Positions 1 to 13,489 are shown, counted from the stretch's first letter. The stretch is 64,000 nucleotides of DNA from Octopus vulgaris (GCA_951406725.2 OX597827.1:23684001-23748000), one strand, 5' to 3'. Notes: generated by a model not told the origin, from the letters alone. Translations and numbers: made by a program.

Positions 1-342
1 CTGTAATGACTATCAACCCAGTGCCAGTGCAGCCTTCTCTCTCCCCTTAGCTGTCACACTCTGGATGCTTTGTGAGTCGAAGGGTGGGAAAACCAAGAGG
101 GTGTTTGTGTTTACTTGAGACTCCACAGACACCTGAAAGAATTAGTGAAAGTACAGTACATGTTATTAAGCCATTATGTCCTCACAGGAGATTGATAACT
201 ATACTGAGCTTAGGTAATTGGAGGCTTTCAATCAGTTACATTGCATAACTTAAAGTGCCGGTAAAAAAAATGCCTGATTCTTAATATGAATTCATGTGTT
301 GAAACAAACCTTGTGTTTTGGTGGGGTCATTATGCCAATAAT

Positions 343-382
<40 letters not shown>

Positions 383-649
383 GTTCAATATCACTTCTTT
401 ATTGTTTGTCAATTGGTTAAATATCTAACCGACAAATTGATCGTTTGTTGAATGTGCCGGTTAAATGGTTATTACTGTTGTATTTCCTCGTCATATAGAT
501 GTCAGACGAGCGGCTAACTTCGCATTATAGCTTGTTACAATTTTGTACTTCCAGACAACAATATTATACTGGGTGTATTCTAATTTCTATATTTTAGAGA
601 TGAGGAATTCTGTACATTGGATGGATATGTCCTCATCTAGTTTGTTGTA

Positions 650-695
650 ACCACAACGTTTCGGCTGATTTACTCTCCAGCCTTCATCAGGTGTC
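650..695 (-). ncRNA. Minimal type I hammerhead ribozyme (Penelope-type)
   Basis: Minus strand: GACAC-CUGAUGA-A-GGCUG gagaguaaau CAGCC-GAAAC-GUU|GUGGU. Loopless palindromic stem III (ACGU). Decayed inverted copy at 1611-1657 (+). Confidence 0.75.
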
Positions 696-1348
696 CTGAG
701 GAAATTTTGAGCCCAACCCTGGGTTCTCATTCCCAAAGTAATTTTTTTTTTGCTGGTGTTATTATTATTATTATTATTATTGAGTGAGAGAGCAGTGCAT
801 ACCATCAAAATGACATTGGGGTAAAATATACGAAGCCCAGTATACCCATCATGACTACCCGTCTGATAAGGGTACACCAGGCACATGCATCACAACTAAA
901 TGTGTGCGACATGGTGATCTCATATCAAGATAAACAGCGCATGACCTTGCAGATGGGGCCCAGTTAGAATTTTCTTCTGGTCGGGTAACCCATCCCACTC
1001 AAAAGGTCCCTGCTTAAGGGTTGTTTAAGGATGTTGAATGAAACACCCGTGTTTCCAAAGGTGAATTATTCAAACCCCAAAGAATTCCTCTCAACACATG
1101 GCTATGATGCTCCCCCACTACTTCTGCTCATGATCAGAGATGCACATATCGTCAGCCACTAAGGGACATGGTCAACTGGTTAAGGTCAAACAACTGACAA
1201 GCAAATCTGTGGTGTTGAGCAGAATATTTGCTGTAGCCCATCTTTTATACCAAGGCAAAACAATGTACATGATATCACTTCCAATCAAAGATTAGAAGCC
1301 ATGAGTAGAAGCCATGAGAGCCACTGTCTGGTACTGCATCAAAGCATA

Positions 1349-1399
<51 letters not shown>

Positions 1400-2129
1400 C
1401 ATTATTATTATCATTATTATTATTATTATCATTATTATTATTATTTTTTCAAGGCACTGCCTGGAATTGAACTCAGAATCCTGTGGTTCAATTCCGAGTT
1501 CAATTCCAGGCAGTGCCTTAAATAAATAAATAATAATAATAATAACAATAACACCAGCAAAAAAATACCTTAGGAATGAGAACCCAGGGCTGGGTTCAAA
1601 ATTCCGCCATGACACCTGATGAAGGCTTGGAGAGTAAATCAGCCGAACCATTGTGATAACAACAAACAAGATGAGAACACATGTCCATTCATTGTAAATA
1701 ATGTAAATAATGTGTTCTCATTTATTTCCTAATTTTATTCTTAGGCTCCACCGATAGTCCATTGATTGATCAATCTCGGTATTTCTATCTTTATTCATCT
1801 TTATTCATTGTCATCACTCATACATGTACACTACTGGCACAAGATATTACATGGCCATGTTGGTGGTAACTAAAGTGACATCCCCTGCCAGGTTAGTCGG
1901 GTAAGGAGAGGTGCTTTGCAATTACTTGGTTTCAGGACTACTGCTGCCACATGGCCATACTGGGGCACCACCTTGAAGGGTTTCAGTCGAACAAATCAAC
2001 CCCAGCACTTACTTTTGTTTTAAGTCTGGTAGTTATTCTATTGGTCTCTATTGTTGAACTGCTAGGTTATGGAGATGTAAAGAAATTAATACGGGTGGCC
2101 AAGCAGTGGGGGTAGAGACAAACAAACAA

Positions 2130-2161
<32 letters not shown>

Positions 2162-3741
2162 ACACACACACATACTCATGTATGTGTGTGTGTGTATGAT
2201 GGGTGTCCACAGTTTCTGTCTACTAAATCCACCCATAAGGCATTTATTGCCCAAGGTGCCATGCAGTGGAACTGAACCTGGAACTATGTGGTCATGGAGC
2301 AAATTTCTTAACCACACAGTCGATTCTATGGTTATATATTCACACACACACACACAGACCATAACCAACGTTGTGGGTCTGAGTTTAACTGTGCTGTGAT
2401 TTAGAGAAACCCATCCAGTATTTAGTGTCAGACCAGAATATTCTTTGTGTATAGGATGTGGGGGTGGGGGACACCTGGTTCCAGGTGAATGGTATGCTCA
2501 GACTGTGACAATTCAATCATCACCATCACCTCCACTGCTACCATCACATCGCCATCATCGTCGCCATCATTATCATTATCACATTCATCACCACCACCAC
2601 CACCACCATCATACAACTACTTTTACTTCCATTACACTCCCACACACACACACACACTACCATCATCACTACCATTAATACCATCAGCAGCAGAACCATA
2701 ATTACCATCACCACCATTACCACCCATCATTACCTCTTCCGCCATGCATCAATTTATGAAGTGAATCCTTCCTTAAAAGCCAAATGCCACACTGATGACG
2801 CCATTAGTCAACCACACACACACACACTTATACATACATAAACACACTCATACTTACAGAGAACACATACACACACACAATCACAGACACACACACACAC
2901 ACACGTACTCAAACATACTTTACACTTTTATTTTCACACAAATATTTATAAACACATTACACATATCTTAATGTATGCACATAGACACACACTCACACAC
3001 ACACATGTACTCAAAACATGTTTTACACTTTTATTTTCCCATGAATAAACACATTACACATCTTAATACATGCACATAGACACACACACAAACACACACA
3101 CACACACACACGCACACATACAATATGTACACGCATTCTTTTATTCGTTTCAGTCATTTGATTGCGGCCATGCTGGAGCACTGCTTTTTAATCTAATAAA
3201 TCAACCCCAGGATTTATTCTTTGTAAGCCTAGTACTTATTCTGTCTGTCTCTTTTGTCAAACCACTAAGTTACGGGAGTTTAAGCACACCAATATCAGTT
3301 GTCAAGTAATGGTGGGGGGACAAACACAGACACACAAATACATACATACGTACATTTATATATCACCACCACCACCACCACCATGACTGACCAGGCTGTC
3401 AGATGTTGCTACACATCGCTGGTCACAATGCGCTTCGCATTGTTTTAGCCTTCAAATGATGCCACCCTGCTGGCTAAGCAAGCAGGCCAACAGAAGAAAG
3501 ATGAGAGAAAGTTGTGGCAAAAGAGTACAGCAGGGATCTCCACCATCCCCTATCAGAGCCTCATGGAGCTTTAGGTGTTTCGCTCAATAAACACTCACAA
3601 CGCCCGGTCTGGGAATCGAAATTACGATCCTACGACCCTATATATATATATATATATATATTTATAAGCGGATTATAAGTGGATAAATCAGTGTATTGGC
3701 TTTAGAATAACCCTCTTTAGCCCTTAATTATATGATATATA

Positions 3742-3794
<53 letters not shown>

Positions 3795-4317
3795 ATCACT
3801 AGACATAAGTTTCATAAACTACAAAATATAAATAACTACATTACCACACCTGAAACGTACCTGTTATAAAACTTCATCTCGACTTGAAGGAATCTGAAGG
3901 TATTTAGAATGTGCAAACCTATTTCTGCAAATGTACTAAGCACTGATGCTGATCAATAAGCGTAGGAGCAAGGTAAATGCAGTAAAAATAGTGGGGGTCA
4001 GTGGGGCCTTATTTAAGTTGGTCTTCAGAAATTGAACCTTCTTACGATACTCCCTGGGAGTTCATGGTATGAAATTCGTTGCCATTGCTCCGACTTGGTC
4101 ACCAATGCCATGTATTTAGTTTAAAATGCAGTAAAAATAGGGTTGGGGTCAGTGGGGCCCTAATTAAGCGGCCTTTAAAAAACAGACCCCCTTAGGACAT
4201 TCCCTGGGATTAGGGGAGTTAGTGGTTTGAGTTTCGTTGTCCTTGCACCAATGGTCTAGAAGTTAATGAACATAAAATCGTAACAGACAGAGAAACATCA
4301 CACAGATTTATAATAGG

Positions 4318-4402
<85 letters not shown>

Positions 4403-5325
4403 TTGGTAAAAACGGTAAGATAACAAAAGAAAGAAAGAGACCTCAATATTATGTAAATAGAGGAATTTATCTGTAAATATATGTGATAATTGTCACATAT
4501 TATATTTACATATATATATATATATATATATACATACCAGCCCTCAGTCAAACTGTCTAACCCATGCCGGCATGGAAAGTGGATGTTAAACGATGACGAT
4601 GATAATGATGATGATGATGATAACATATATATGTGTGTGTGTGCATATATATATATATATACAATGAGCTTCTTTCAGTTACCGTCAACCAAATCCACTC
4701 ACAAGGCTTTGGTTAGTCGAAGGCTATAATAGAAGACAGTTGCTCAAGGTGCCACCACGCAGTGGGACTGAACCCCAAACCATGTGGTTGGGAAGCAAGC
4801 TTCTTACCACACAGCCACTTTTGCACCTTTACAATACTTTCATACACATACAACACTTACCCCACACATACCTTAGATATATGCTACATGGATACGCATA
4901 CTGTACACATACTGTGCACACACGTACCACATGCGCAACACACACACAACAATATATACACCTCCCCCACACCTATACATACAAACATGTCGAATACATG
5001 TGATAGCTTGTACCACAAACACCACCAACTCAACGATTCCAATGCTGACACCACACCACAATTTCCACTACCATCACCACCGCACCAACCCCATGTCAAG
5101 CCACCACCACATCACCGCTCCACAATTCTACTATCATCAAAACCATTAGCTTTGACTGTTATTTCTAGCATCCAAAGTGACTCATGTAGAAGCCACCATC
5201 TATTATTCATGGGCAAAGTGATAGTGGGGGAGGAAACAAAAATCACTTTGATAACAGCATTTATTTTTATTTCTTCAACTGATAAATTGATAAATTATTT
5301 CTATTTCTAGGTCATCGGTTTTTCA

Positions 5326-5399
<74 letters not shown>

Positions 5400-5770
5400 T
5401 GTGTGTTTGTGAGTGTGTGTGTTTGTGTGTGTGTATTTGTGTGTTTGTGTGTGTATTTGTATGTGTGTGTACATTGTTAAAATATGCGTATAATACATAC
5501 CTCAATTAATGACTTTCAATAACGTTGGTTTTTACGACCAACATATTCCTGCAGACATTGACCTCCAGGTGTTCAAAGTTGATTGTTATATGCAAAGATC
5601 TCGGCTCTCACCAGTCTGCAGGCGGGACATTAGGGAAGCTGTTCCTTCTCCACCATCACCAACAACACTGCCACCACCACCACCATCTTCTTCTTGGTAG
5701 TCTCTTGGATCTGAGAAAAAGGATTCCACAATTTCTTGCTGAACAACCAGCTTAGATGATTGTAAATCAT

Positions 5771-5815
<45 letters not shown>

Positions 5816-6916
5816 TTCATCATTTAATGTCTGCTTTCCTTGCTGGCATGGGTTAGACAGTTTGACTGAAAACTGGTAAGCCAGGGAGCTGCACCAGGTT
5901 CCAGTCTGATTTAGCTTCGTTTCTACAGCTCGATACCCTTCCTAATGCCAACCACTCTGAGAGTGTATCAGATGCTTTTTATGTGCCATGAACACAGGTG
6001 CTTTTATGTGCCACCATCATGGGTGCCAGTTATGTGACACCAGCATCAGCCACAACTATGATTTCACAATTCTTCTCAAGCACAGCATATTGCCAAAGGT
6101 CACGGTCACTTGTCATCACCTCGTTGAGGCCCAACATTCGAAGAACATGCTTCACCACTTCATACCATGTCTTCCTGGGTCTACCTCTTCCACAAAAAAT
6201 ATATATTAGCTACACAGGCAGTCTTAATACCGAGACGTAATATTTATCCCCACTTAAACGCAAATGTTCTGTTAGAACAGCCTATACTGTGGTAGAATAG
6301 CATGAGTGATGCTCTCTCATATTAGCTTTTGGTGCAAAATGCATTCTTATTTATATTGTTAGTGGGAAGAGATAAGTCCTCACTATCCCCAGCCCCAAGA
6401 CCACCAGATCACTTGATTTTGACCTTCCTTAGTCCTGTCAATGATGGCTGCTTGACCAAAGCTAATATGAGAGTTTCTCTTGTGGCATCTACTGCAGTAT
6501 AGTTTGTTCCTACAGAACATCCATGCTTTATATTATTTACATTATTTACATTTGATGGATATTTGTCCTCATCTTGTTTGTTGTTAACACTTGTTTGTTG
6601 TGTTAACAACAAACAAGATGAGGAGAAATATCCATCATGTAAATAATATAAATAATTCCTCATCTCTTAAATATAGAACTGTATCCATGTTTTAGCAGGG
6701 ATAAATATTATCTCATTTGTTCAAATGGTGATCAAATGTTTGTGTTGTACGTTATCTCCCTCCTGCCATCAAATCGGTGTTGTCTGATTGGTTCATGGTA
6801 TGCCACTTGTCACATGTCAAAGTGAAATGTTTTTTTTAAGAACACAAAGCACTGCTCAGTCTTGGAATGGAAACCATGACCTTAGAATCATGAGTGCAAC
6901 ATCCCAACCACCAGAC

Positions 6917-7186
6917 CAGTAGTTCTCAACCATTTTCTTTTTGCCTATGGAACCATTTGATACCTATTTTACTCTCCTGTACATTCATACACATTCAATG
7001 TATATACAAAAAAAAATCCCATTGTATTTTTAGAATTAAATATTTTTAGGAATTGTATTAAAAAAATTGTTAAAATATTTTGCATATTGTTGAAATAAAA
7101 GTAATTTATTGCACATAAATTTTAACAACAAAATCTTATATGAATCCCCACCCAAGGGTCGTATGGACTCCAGTTGAGAACAACTG
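6917..7186. mobile_element. hAT (Charlie-type) MITE
   Basis: TIR CAGTAGTTCTCAAC / GTTGAGAACAACTG; degenerate 8-bp TSD CACCAGAC/CACTAGGC. Confidence 0.7.
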
Positions 7187-7425
7187 CACTAGGCCAACAT
7201 TCCTCACCACCACCACTGATGAGCCTATTATAAATATATATATTAGACTCTGTTGGCAACAAAGACCTGCCAAAATAAAGCATATATATATATGTCAGGC
7301 ATGGCTGTATGGTAAGAAGCTTGCTTTCCAACCACATGGTTCCAGGTTCAGTCTCTTCTCTTATAGCCTCAGGCCAACCAAAGCCTTGTAAGTAGATCTG
7401 GTAGATGGAAACTGAATGAAGCTCA

Positions 7426-7542
<117 letters not shown>

Positions 7543-7939
7543 GTATGTATATATGTATATGGTTGTGTGTCTGTGTTTGTCTCACCACAATCACTTGACA
7601 ACTGATGTTGGTGTGTTTACATCCCTGTAACTTTGCGGTTTGGCAAAAGAGACAGATAGAATAAGTACTAGACTTACAAATAGTAAGTCCTTGGGTCGAT
7701 TTGTTTAACCAAAGGCAGTACTCCAGCATGGCCACGGTCAAAATGACTGAAATGAATAAAAGAACAAAAGGCTATCACTATGTATGACAGTTGGCAGTGA
7801 GACATTGGATGTGAGGGAGTTGTGGAGGCTGGAAGTATGGTTTGAGGATAGGTTCTTGCCTGAAGAGGAGACTGATGAGTCATACATGTGGTATGACACA
7901 TGCATGAAGTGTGGTGCTACATGGTTGTGTGTGACTTAA

Positions 7940-8714
7940 CCCTTTCATTACCAGCCTGGCTGAAACCATCTCTGGCACTGAGTACAAATGTCTTGTTTTC
8001 ATAAGTTTTGAATTAAAATCTTCCACCAAACCTTAGTCACAATTTATGTTCCTAACATCAGCTGGATGATAACTAAGTTATTTTACTAAATTCTTTGTTA
8101 TCTTTAAAGTAATTGAAAGAAACACAGAGCATCATCATCATCATTGTTTAACGTCCGCTTTCCATGCTAGCATGGGTTGGACGTATGACTGAGGCTGACG
8201 AACCAGATGGCTGCACCAGGCTCCAATCTTGATCTGGCAGAGTTTCTACAGCTGGATGCCCTTCCTAACGCCAACCACTCTGAGAGTGTAGTGGGTGCTT
8301 TTACGTGCCAGTTAGGTGGCACTGGCAATGACCAGTCAGGCAGCACTGGCAACAACCTAGTCAGGTGGCACTGGCAACGGCCTAGTCAGGCGGCACTGGC
8401 AACGACCTAGTCAGGCAGCACTGGCAACGACCTAGTCAGGCAGCACTAGCAACAACCTAGTCAGGTGGCACTGGCAATGACCTAGTCAGGCGGCACTGGC
8501 AACGACCTAGTCAGGCAGCACTGGCAATGACCTAGTCAGGTGGCACTGGCAACGACCTAGTCAGGCAGCACTAGCAACAACCTAGTCAGGCGGCACTGGC
8601 AATGACCTAGTCAGGTGGCACTGGCAACGACCTAGTCAGGCAGCACTGACAACGACCTAGTCAGGCAGCACTGGCAACGACCTCAGTCTCAAAATAAATG
8701 CAGTAACGAAAGGG
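7940..8714. mobile_element. TTAA-flanked (piggyBac-like) MITE interrupted by a SINE; second copy at ~52008-52212
   Basis: TTAA|CCCTTTC...GAAAGGG|TTAA. Confidence 0.7.
8318..8683. repeat. 24-bp minisatellite, about 15 copies
   Basis: Unit GGCACTGGCAACGACCTAGTCAGG(C/T) with few substitutions and no spacers. Confidence 0.95.
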
Positions 8715-9007
8715 TTAAGGTGTTGGATGTGAAAGAAGCAAGTGGTGAGAAGCAAGTCTGATGGATGTATGAACTGAAGGAAAGAGAGAGTTTGGTTGGA
8801 CGTTCACAAATCTTCCTGTAATTCTTGGAAGAGAAGATTGTTGTGATAAGGACAGGTGATGGGAATGGATGGTGAATGGTTGGTGCTGTCAACGGAAGGT
8901 ACATGTGGCAGAGGAAGACATGGATGTGCTTACTGCAAGGTTTCATAAAAAGAGAGAATGAGACATCATTTCTGATAAGCTACCCAACATCCTAGACTAC
9001 CCTTTAA

Positions 9008-9210
9008 CACATTGAGTGTCAAAGGGAAATGTGTAAATCGGTCCCGTGTGTCACATGTGGTTTTTTTCAAATTCATATAGTATTTCAGTTGTATACAATA
9101 GCTGTATAAAGTTCATTTTTCAATGAGAAAACGTATACAATATACATATATGCAGCACATTTGTAAAGTACCATGTGTATACATATACTGTATACATGGC
9201 ACTCAATGTG
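9008..9210. mobile_element. TTAA-flanked MITE
   Basis: TTAA|CACATTGAGTGTCA ... TGGCACTCAATGTG|TTAA. Confidence 0.75.
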
Positions 9211-9289
9211 TTAAAGAAAGGCAACTTAAATGATTGCCTTGAAGTCCCTCAACAATACACTCCAGCATTTTGTCTATACATATTTTATA

Positions 9290-9369
<80 letters not shown>

Positions 9370-9459
9370 GACACTTGCCCAAGGTGCCACGCAGTGGGAC
9401 TGAACCTGGAACGATGTGGTTCGTAAGCAAGCTACTTACTACACAGCCGCTACTACGCC

Positions 9460-9529
<70 letters not shown>

Positions 9530-9595
9530 GGAGGTACCAAAATCTTTTAAGTGCTTAGGGCCTCTATAGGTCTTAATCCAGCCCTGCTCTCTCTG

Positions 9596-9659
<64 letters not shown>

Positions 9660-9914
9660 ACTATCTATCTCTGTCCATAGGTTGGCCTCATTCTACACCC
9701 ATCAACTCAACCACTCCTTACTAACGGGTCTTTCCGTTTCTTGTTAACAAATATTGTATGCATCACCCCTGACCATGCACACCCTGTCACCAACCAGTCC
9801 TTCTGCCCCACAAAACGTCAACCTTCTGGAATTCCTGCTTTGCCGATGTTTTTTCCTGCATCAACTAGTTTGTAACTCCAGTTGGCCTGTGAAGACTTGG
9901 GGCCCCGAGTCCCT

Positions 9915-9951
<37 letters not shown>

Positions 9952-10404
9952 GTCTGATAGAAAGTGTGTTAGTAAGGGACAAAGAGAGGTAGGGGAAAGT
10001 AAGGCATATTTAATGCGACAAGGCAGATAGGAGGAGAGACATTAGCAACCTAGTGTGAAATTAGGTTCAAAGTGACTGTCTGCACCGCCTCCATCACACA
10101 CACACCACACATAAACCTCCCTCTTTCTTTCTCTCTCACACACACTCCCTATCTCCCTCTCTTACTAATCTGTTTATTACACCCTCACTCTATAAACCTA
10201 CTCTTTTTCCTGATACTCCTGCTCTCCCTTCTCTATGTCAAACACCATCCCAACACTACCGCCACCACTACCACCTCTGCCATTGCATATATTGTTATGT
10301 CAAAACTTACAACTGAGTTTTTGATTCTGTTCTAGAAATCTGTTGTGTGTACATCTAGACACGCACACACTTTGTGTGTGTGTGTCTATATTACAGCATG
10401 ATAC

Positions 10405-10443
<39 letters not shown>

Positions 10444-10598
10444 CGCATGTGTATCTATCTATCTATTTGATAAAAATGGTGAGACAAAAAAAGAAAGAGA
10501 CCCCGATATTATGTAAATAGAGGAACTTATCTGTAAATGTAATATGTGACAATTATTTTATCATGGCTACCGAATAATTGTCATATTACATTTACAGA

Positions 10599-10655
<57 letters not shown>

Positions 10656-10742
10656 CAATAATAATTCTCTACATCGACGTCACCAGACAGGCCCGACACC
10701 GTCACGGTGTCCTTAACCTGCAAAGGGAGGTAATTCCCCGAC

Positions 10743-10816
10743 GAAGCGGAAACCACACACGGACCATGGTTTCAAGGTGTATTGCCTATCGTCGGCGTGT
10801 GGTAGGCTTCCGCTTC
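10743..10816 (-). ncRNA. Type I hammerhead ribozyme, U4C core variant, long stem I
   Basis: Minus strand: GAAGCGGAA gccu ACCACACG-CCGACGA-UAGG caauaca CCUU-GAAAC-CAUG-GUC|CGUGUGUGGUUUCCGCUUC. Stem III palindrome ACCAUGGU. Confidence 0.75.
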
Positions 10817-11134
10817 CTCGACGAATCCTCACTCTGCAGGATATTCATATATAGATTTTCAAGCAAAATACATTTGCTGATTTTGAAAATCTGTTCGAAA
10901 GCAATAATAATTCTGTAAAAGAGATATAGACAGTAACTGCTCGATAACATAAGGGACTAAAGCCATCTGAATATGGCTAGGGACAGGGCAGGGTGGTGGG
11001 GGTGTTACTGTTGCATTTAGCCCCAGGCGAACATTCCGTGTGTGGTTTCCGCTTCATCGGGGAATTACCTCCCTTTGCAGGTTAAGGACACCGTGACGGT
11101 GTCGGGCCTTTCTATCTATCTATCTATCTATCTA

Positions 11135-11189
<55 letters not shown>

Positions 11190-11734
11190 TTTTACTCTTT
11201 TACTTGTTTCGGTCATTTGACTGTGGCCATGCTGAAGCACCGCCTTTATTTGAACAAATCGACCCCCAGAACTTACTCTTTGTAAACCTAGTACTTATTC
11301 TCTCGGTCTCTTTTGCCAAACCGCTAGGTTAAAGGGATGTAAACACACCAGCATCGGTTGTCAAGCGATGATGGGGACACACACAAACACGCAAACATAT
11401 TCATACGATGGGCTTCTTTAAGTTTATGTCTACCAAATCCACTCACAAGGCTTTGGTCGGCCTCAGGCTATTGTAGAAGACACTTGCCCAAGGTGCCACA
11501 CAGTGGGACTGAACCTAGAACCATATGGTTGGGAAGTGAGCTTCTTACCACACAGCCATGCCTAAAAGATTTGAGGAGTTTTCGTCAGAGTGACTCAAAC
11601 TGTTAGGTGTACAATCTGAGTGCTCAAATTGGTATGGCACTAAAATTCCAGTTTGAACTGCAGTTGAACATATGATTTTGTGACTGCCTTTCTAAAGCAC
11701 CTAGAAGTCGCTCCTCCTTGAGCCGGTAGGTATA

Positions 11735-12148
11735 GATTAAAACAGATATGAAAAGGCAAATATGGTTGGACAAGGCTTGACAAGAATATTTAATTTAGCT
11801 ATTTTATTTTTATGGAGATTTACTTGCATAGCAAGTGACCTGATCTGAGATCATGTGCTGGAACGAAAACAACTGCAGCGTGGAAGGTGTTTATAAGCCA
11901 TTTAAGAAACATGCAAAAACCGTTAGATTCACTTCAACATTTAAATTTAATTTGCCAAAATATTTTTGTTCCTTTCAGACCGCAACCTGTTCACTGACAA
12001 AATTCAGAATTTTGTCAGTGAACAGGTTTTTGTGTGTTTCTTAAATGGCTTATAAACACCTTCCATGCTGCAGCTATTTTATTATATAGTTAAATTAAAT
12101 GTTGTCAAGTCTTGCCAAACCATTTGCTTTTTCATTTCTGATTTAATC
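11735..12148. mobile_element. Nested foldback element
   Basis: Three nested inverted pairs: 11735-11802 / 12086-12148, 11873-11920 / 12026-12073, and 11985-12004 / 12008-12028. Confidence 0.65.
11951..12001 (-). ncRNA. Hammerhead-like motif with G3:C8 swap (this copy G12A)
   Basis: Minus strand: UUUGUCA-GUGAACA-G-GUUGC ggucugaaa GGAAC-AAAAAUAUUU|UGGCAAA. 7-bp stem I; stem III palindrome AAUAUU. Confidence 0.5.
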
Positions 12149-12746
12149 CCCCCCACACACACACAATTATCTGTGTGTGTGTGTGTGTTCATAAATATAT
12201 ATCTTTTACTCTCATTTCATTCCTTTGACTACAACCATATTGGGGTCCAGTACTGAAGGATGCAGTTGACCAAATCGACCCCAGTTTTTATTTTTTAGTC
12301 TGGCACTAATTCCTACTACCAAACCACAGAATTATGAGAATATAAACAAACCATCACCAATTGTCAAGCAGTGAGACTCCTACATATATGCACACAAAAC
12401 ACACACACACATTTGAATATATATATATATATTATTTTTATTGTAGTTTGTATTTATATTCGTGTAACATTGTCTGTTTTCCGTCCTTGTTTTCGTATAC
12501 ATTCAATGCTTTCTTCCAAGGAATCTAATGCTCTTAGCTTAGTTTTTCCTTGGGGCTGGCCAGATTGGAGCAATCTCAAGATTAATCAGCCGAAATTACG
12601 AGGATGATCCTGTTCTTGACTGAGGATAGAAAGCTTTGAATGACCCGTCCTTGTTTTTTTGTATCGTCTATCTGGATGTTTTGTTGTCCCTTTTTGTATC
12701 ATCTAGTTGTCCAGATGTTTTGGGCTCTTGTCCCATTTTGTATTTT

Positions 12747-12803
<57 letters not shown>

Positions 12804-12993
12804 AATTAGTAAATAAATGGCACAACTAAGTACCGATATTTACTGGAAATAGCGAACGTAAAAATACGACGCTAATGTGTAGCTTCACCGCGTATGTATT
12901 AGCAAAAATGCGTGTGTGCAACAAAATAGAGAAAAAAAACCGTCTTACCTCCAGGGAGAACATCTGAAAGATGAAACACCCGGAAAATGGATA

Positions 12994-13071
12994 ATGTGGT
13001 ACCTGCAGGTTTCAGGTTTTGCAAGATATGTCTCTCACTCATATTTTGCTTTACCTTCTTCAGCCAAACAT
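12994..13071 (-). ncRNA. Type I hammerhead ribozyme, canonical core
   Basis: Minus strand: AUGUUUGG-CUGAAGA-AGGU aaa GCAAaAUAUG...CAUAUcUUGC aaa ACCU-GAAAC-CUGCAG-GUA|CCACAU. Stem III palindrome ACCUGCAGGU. Confidence 0.8.
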
Positions 13072-13305
13072 ATACCAAGACGAAATCTACGATGTTACCA
13101 CATTAATACTAACACACTCGACTGAAATACGGAACGCTAACAGTAATGGCTGTGTAGTAAGAAGGTTGCTTCACAATCACATGGTTCTGGGTTCAGTCCC
13201 ACTGTGTGGCACCTTGGACAAGTATCTTCTACTATAGCCTTGGGCTGACCAAAGCCTTGTGAGTGGATTTGGTTCATGGAAACTGAATGAAACCCATTGT
13301 ATGTA

Positions 13306-13368
<63 letters not shown>

Positions 13369-13489
13369 GTATGTATGTTTTTGAATGTCTGTTTTTGTTC
13401 CCCCCCCACCACCACCACCAACATTGCTTAGCAACTGATGTTGGTGTGTTTATGTCTCTGTAACTTAGCGGTTTGGCACAATGCACTTC

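Noticed and set aside
7872-7905. CTGATGA followed by hairpin GTCATAC/GTATGAC
   Set aside because: No GAAA, stem III or stem I; not a hammerhead.
8318-8683. CRISPR-like array
   Set aside because: Head-to-tail 24-mers with no unique spacers, inside a SINE in eukaryotic DNA, with no cas genes.
12485-12645. Multi-stem region with CAGCC-GAAA and CTGAGGA
   Set aside because: Structured, but the core halves do not close a common stem II, so no ribozyme class was assigned.
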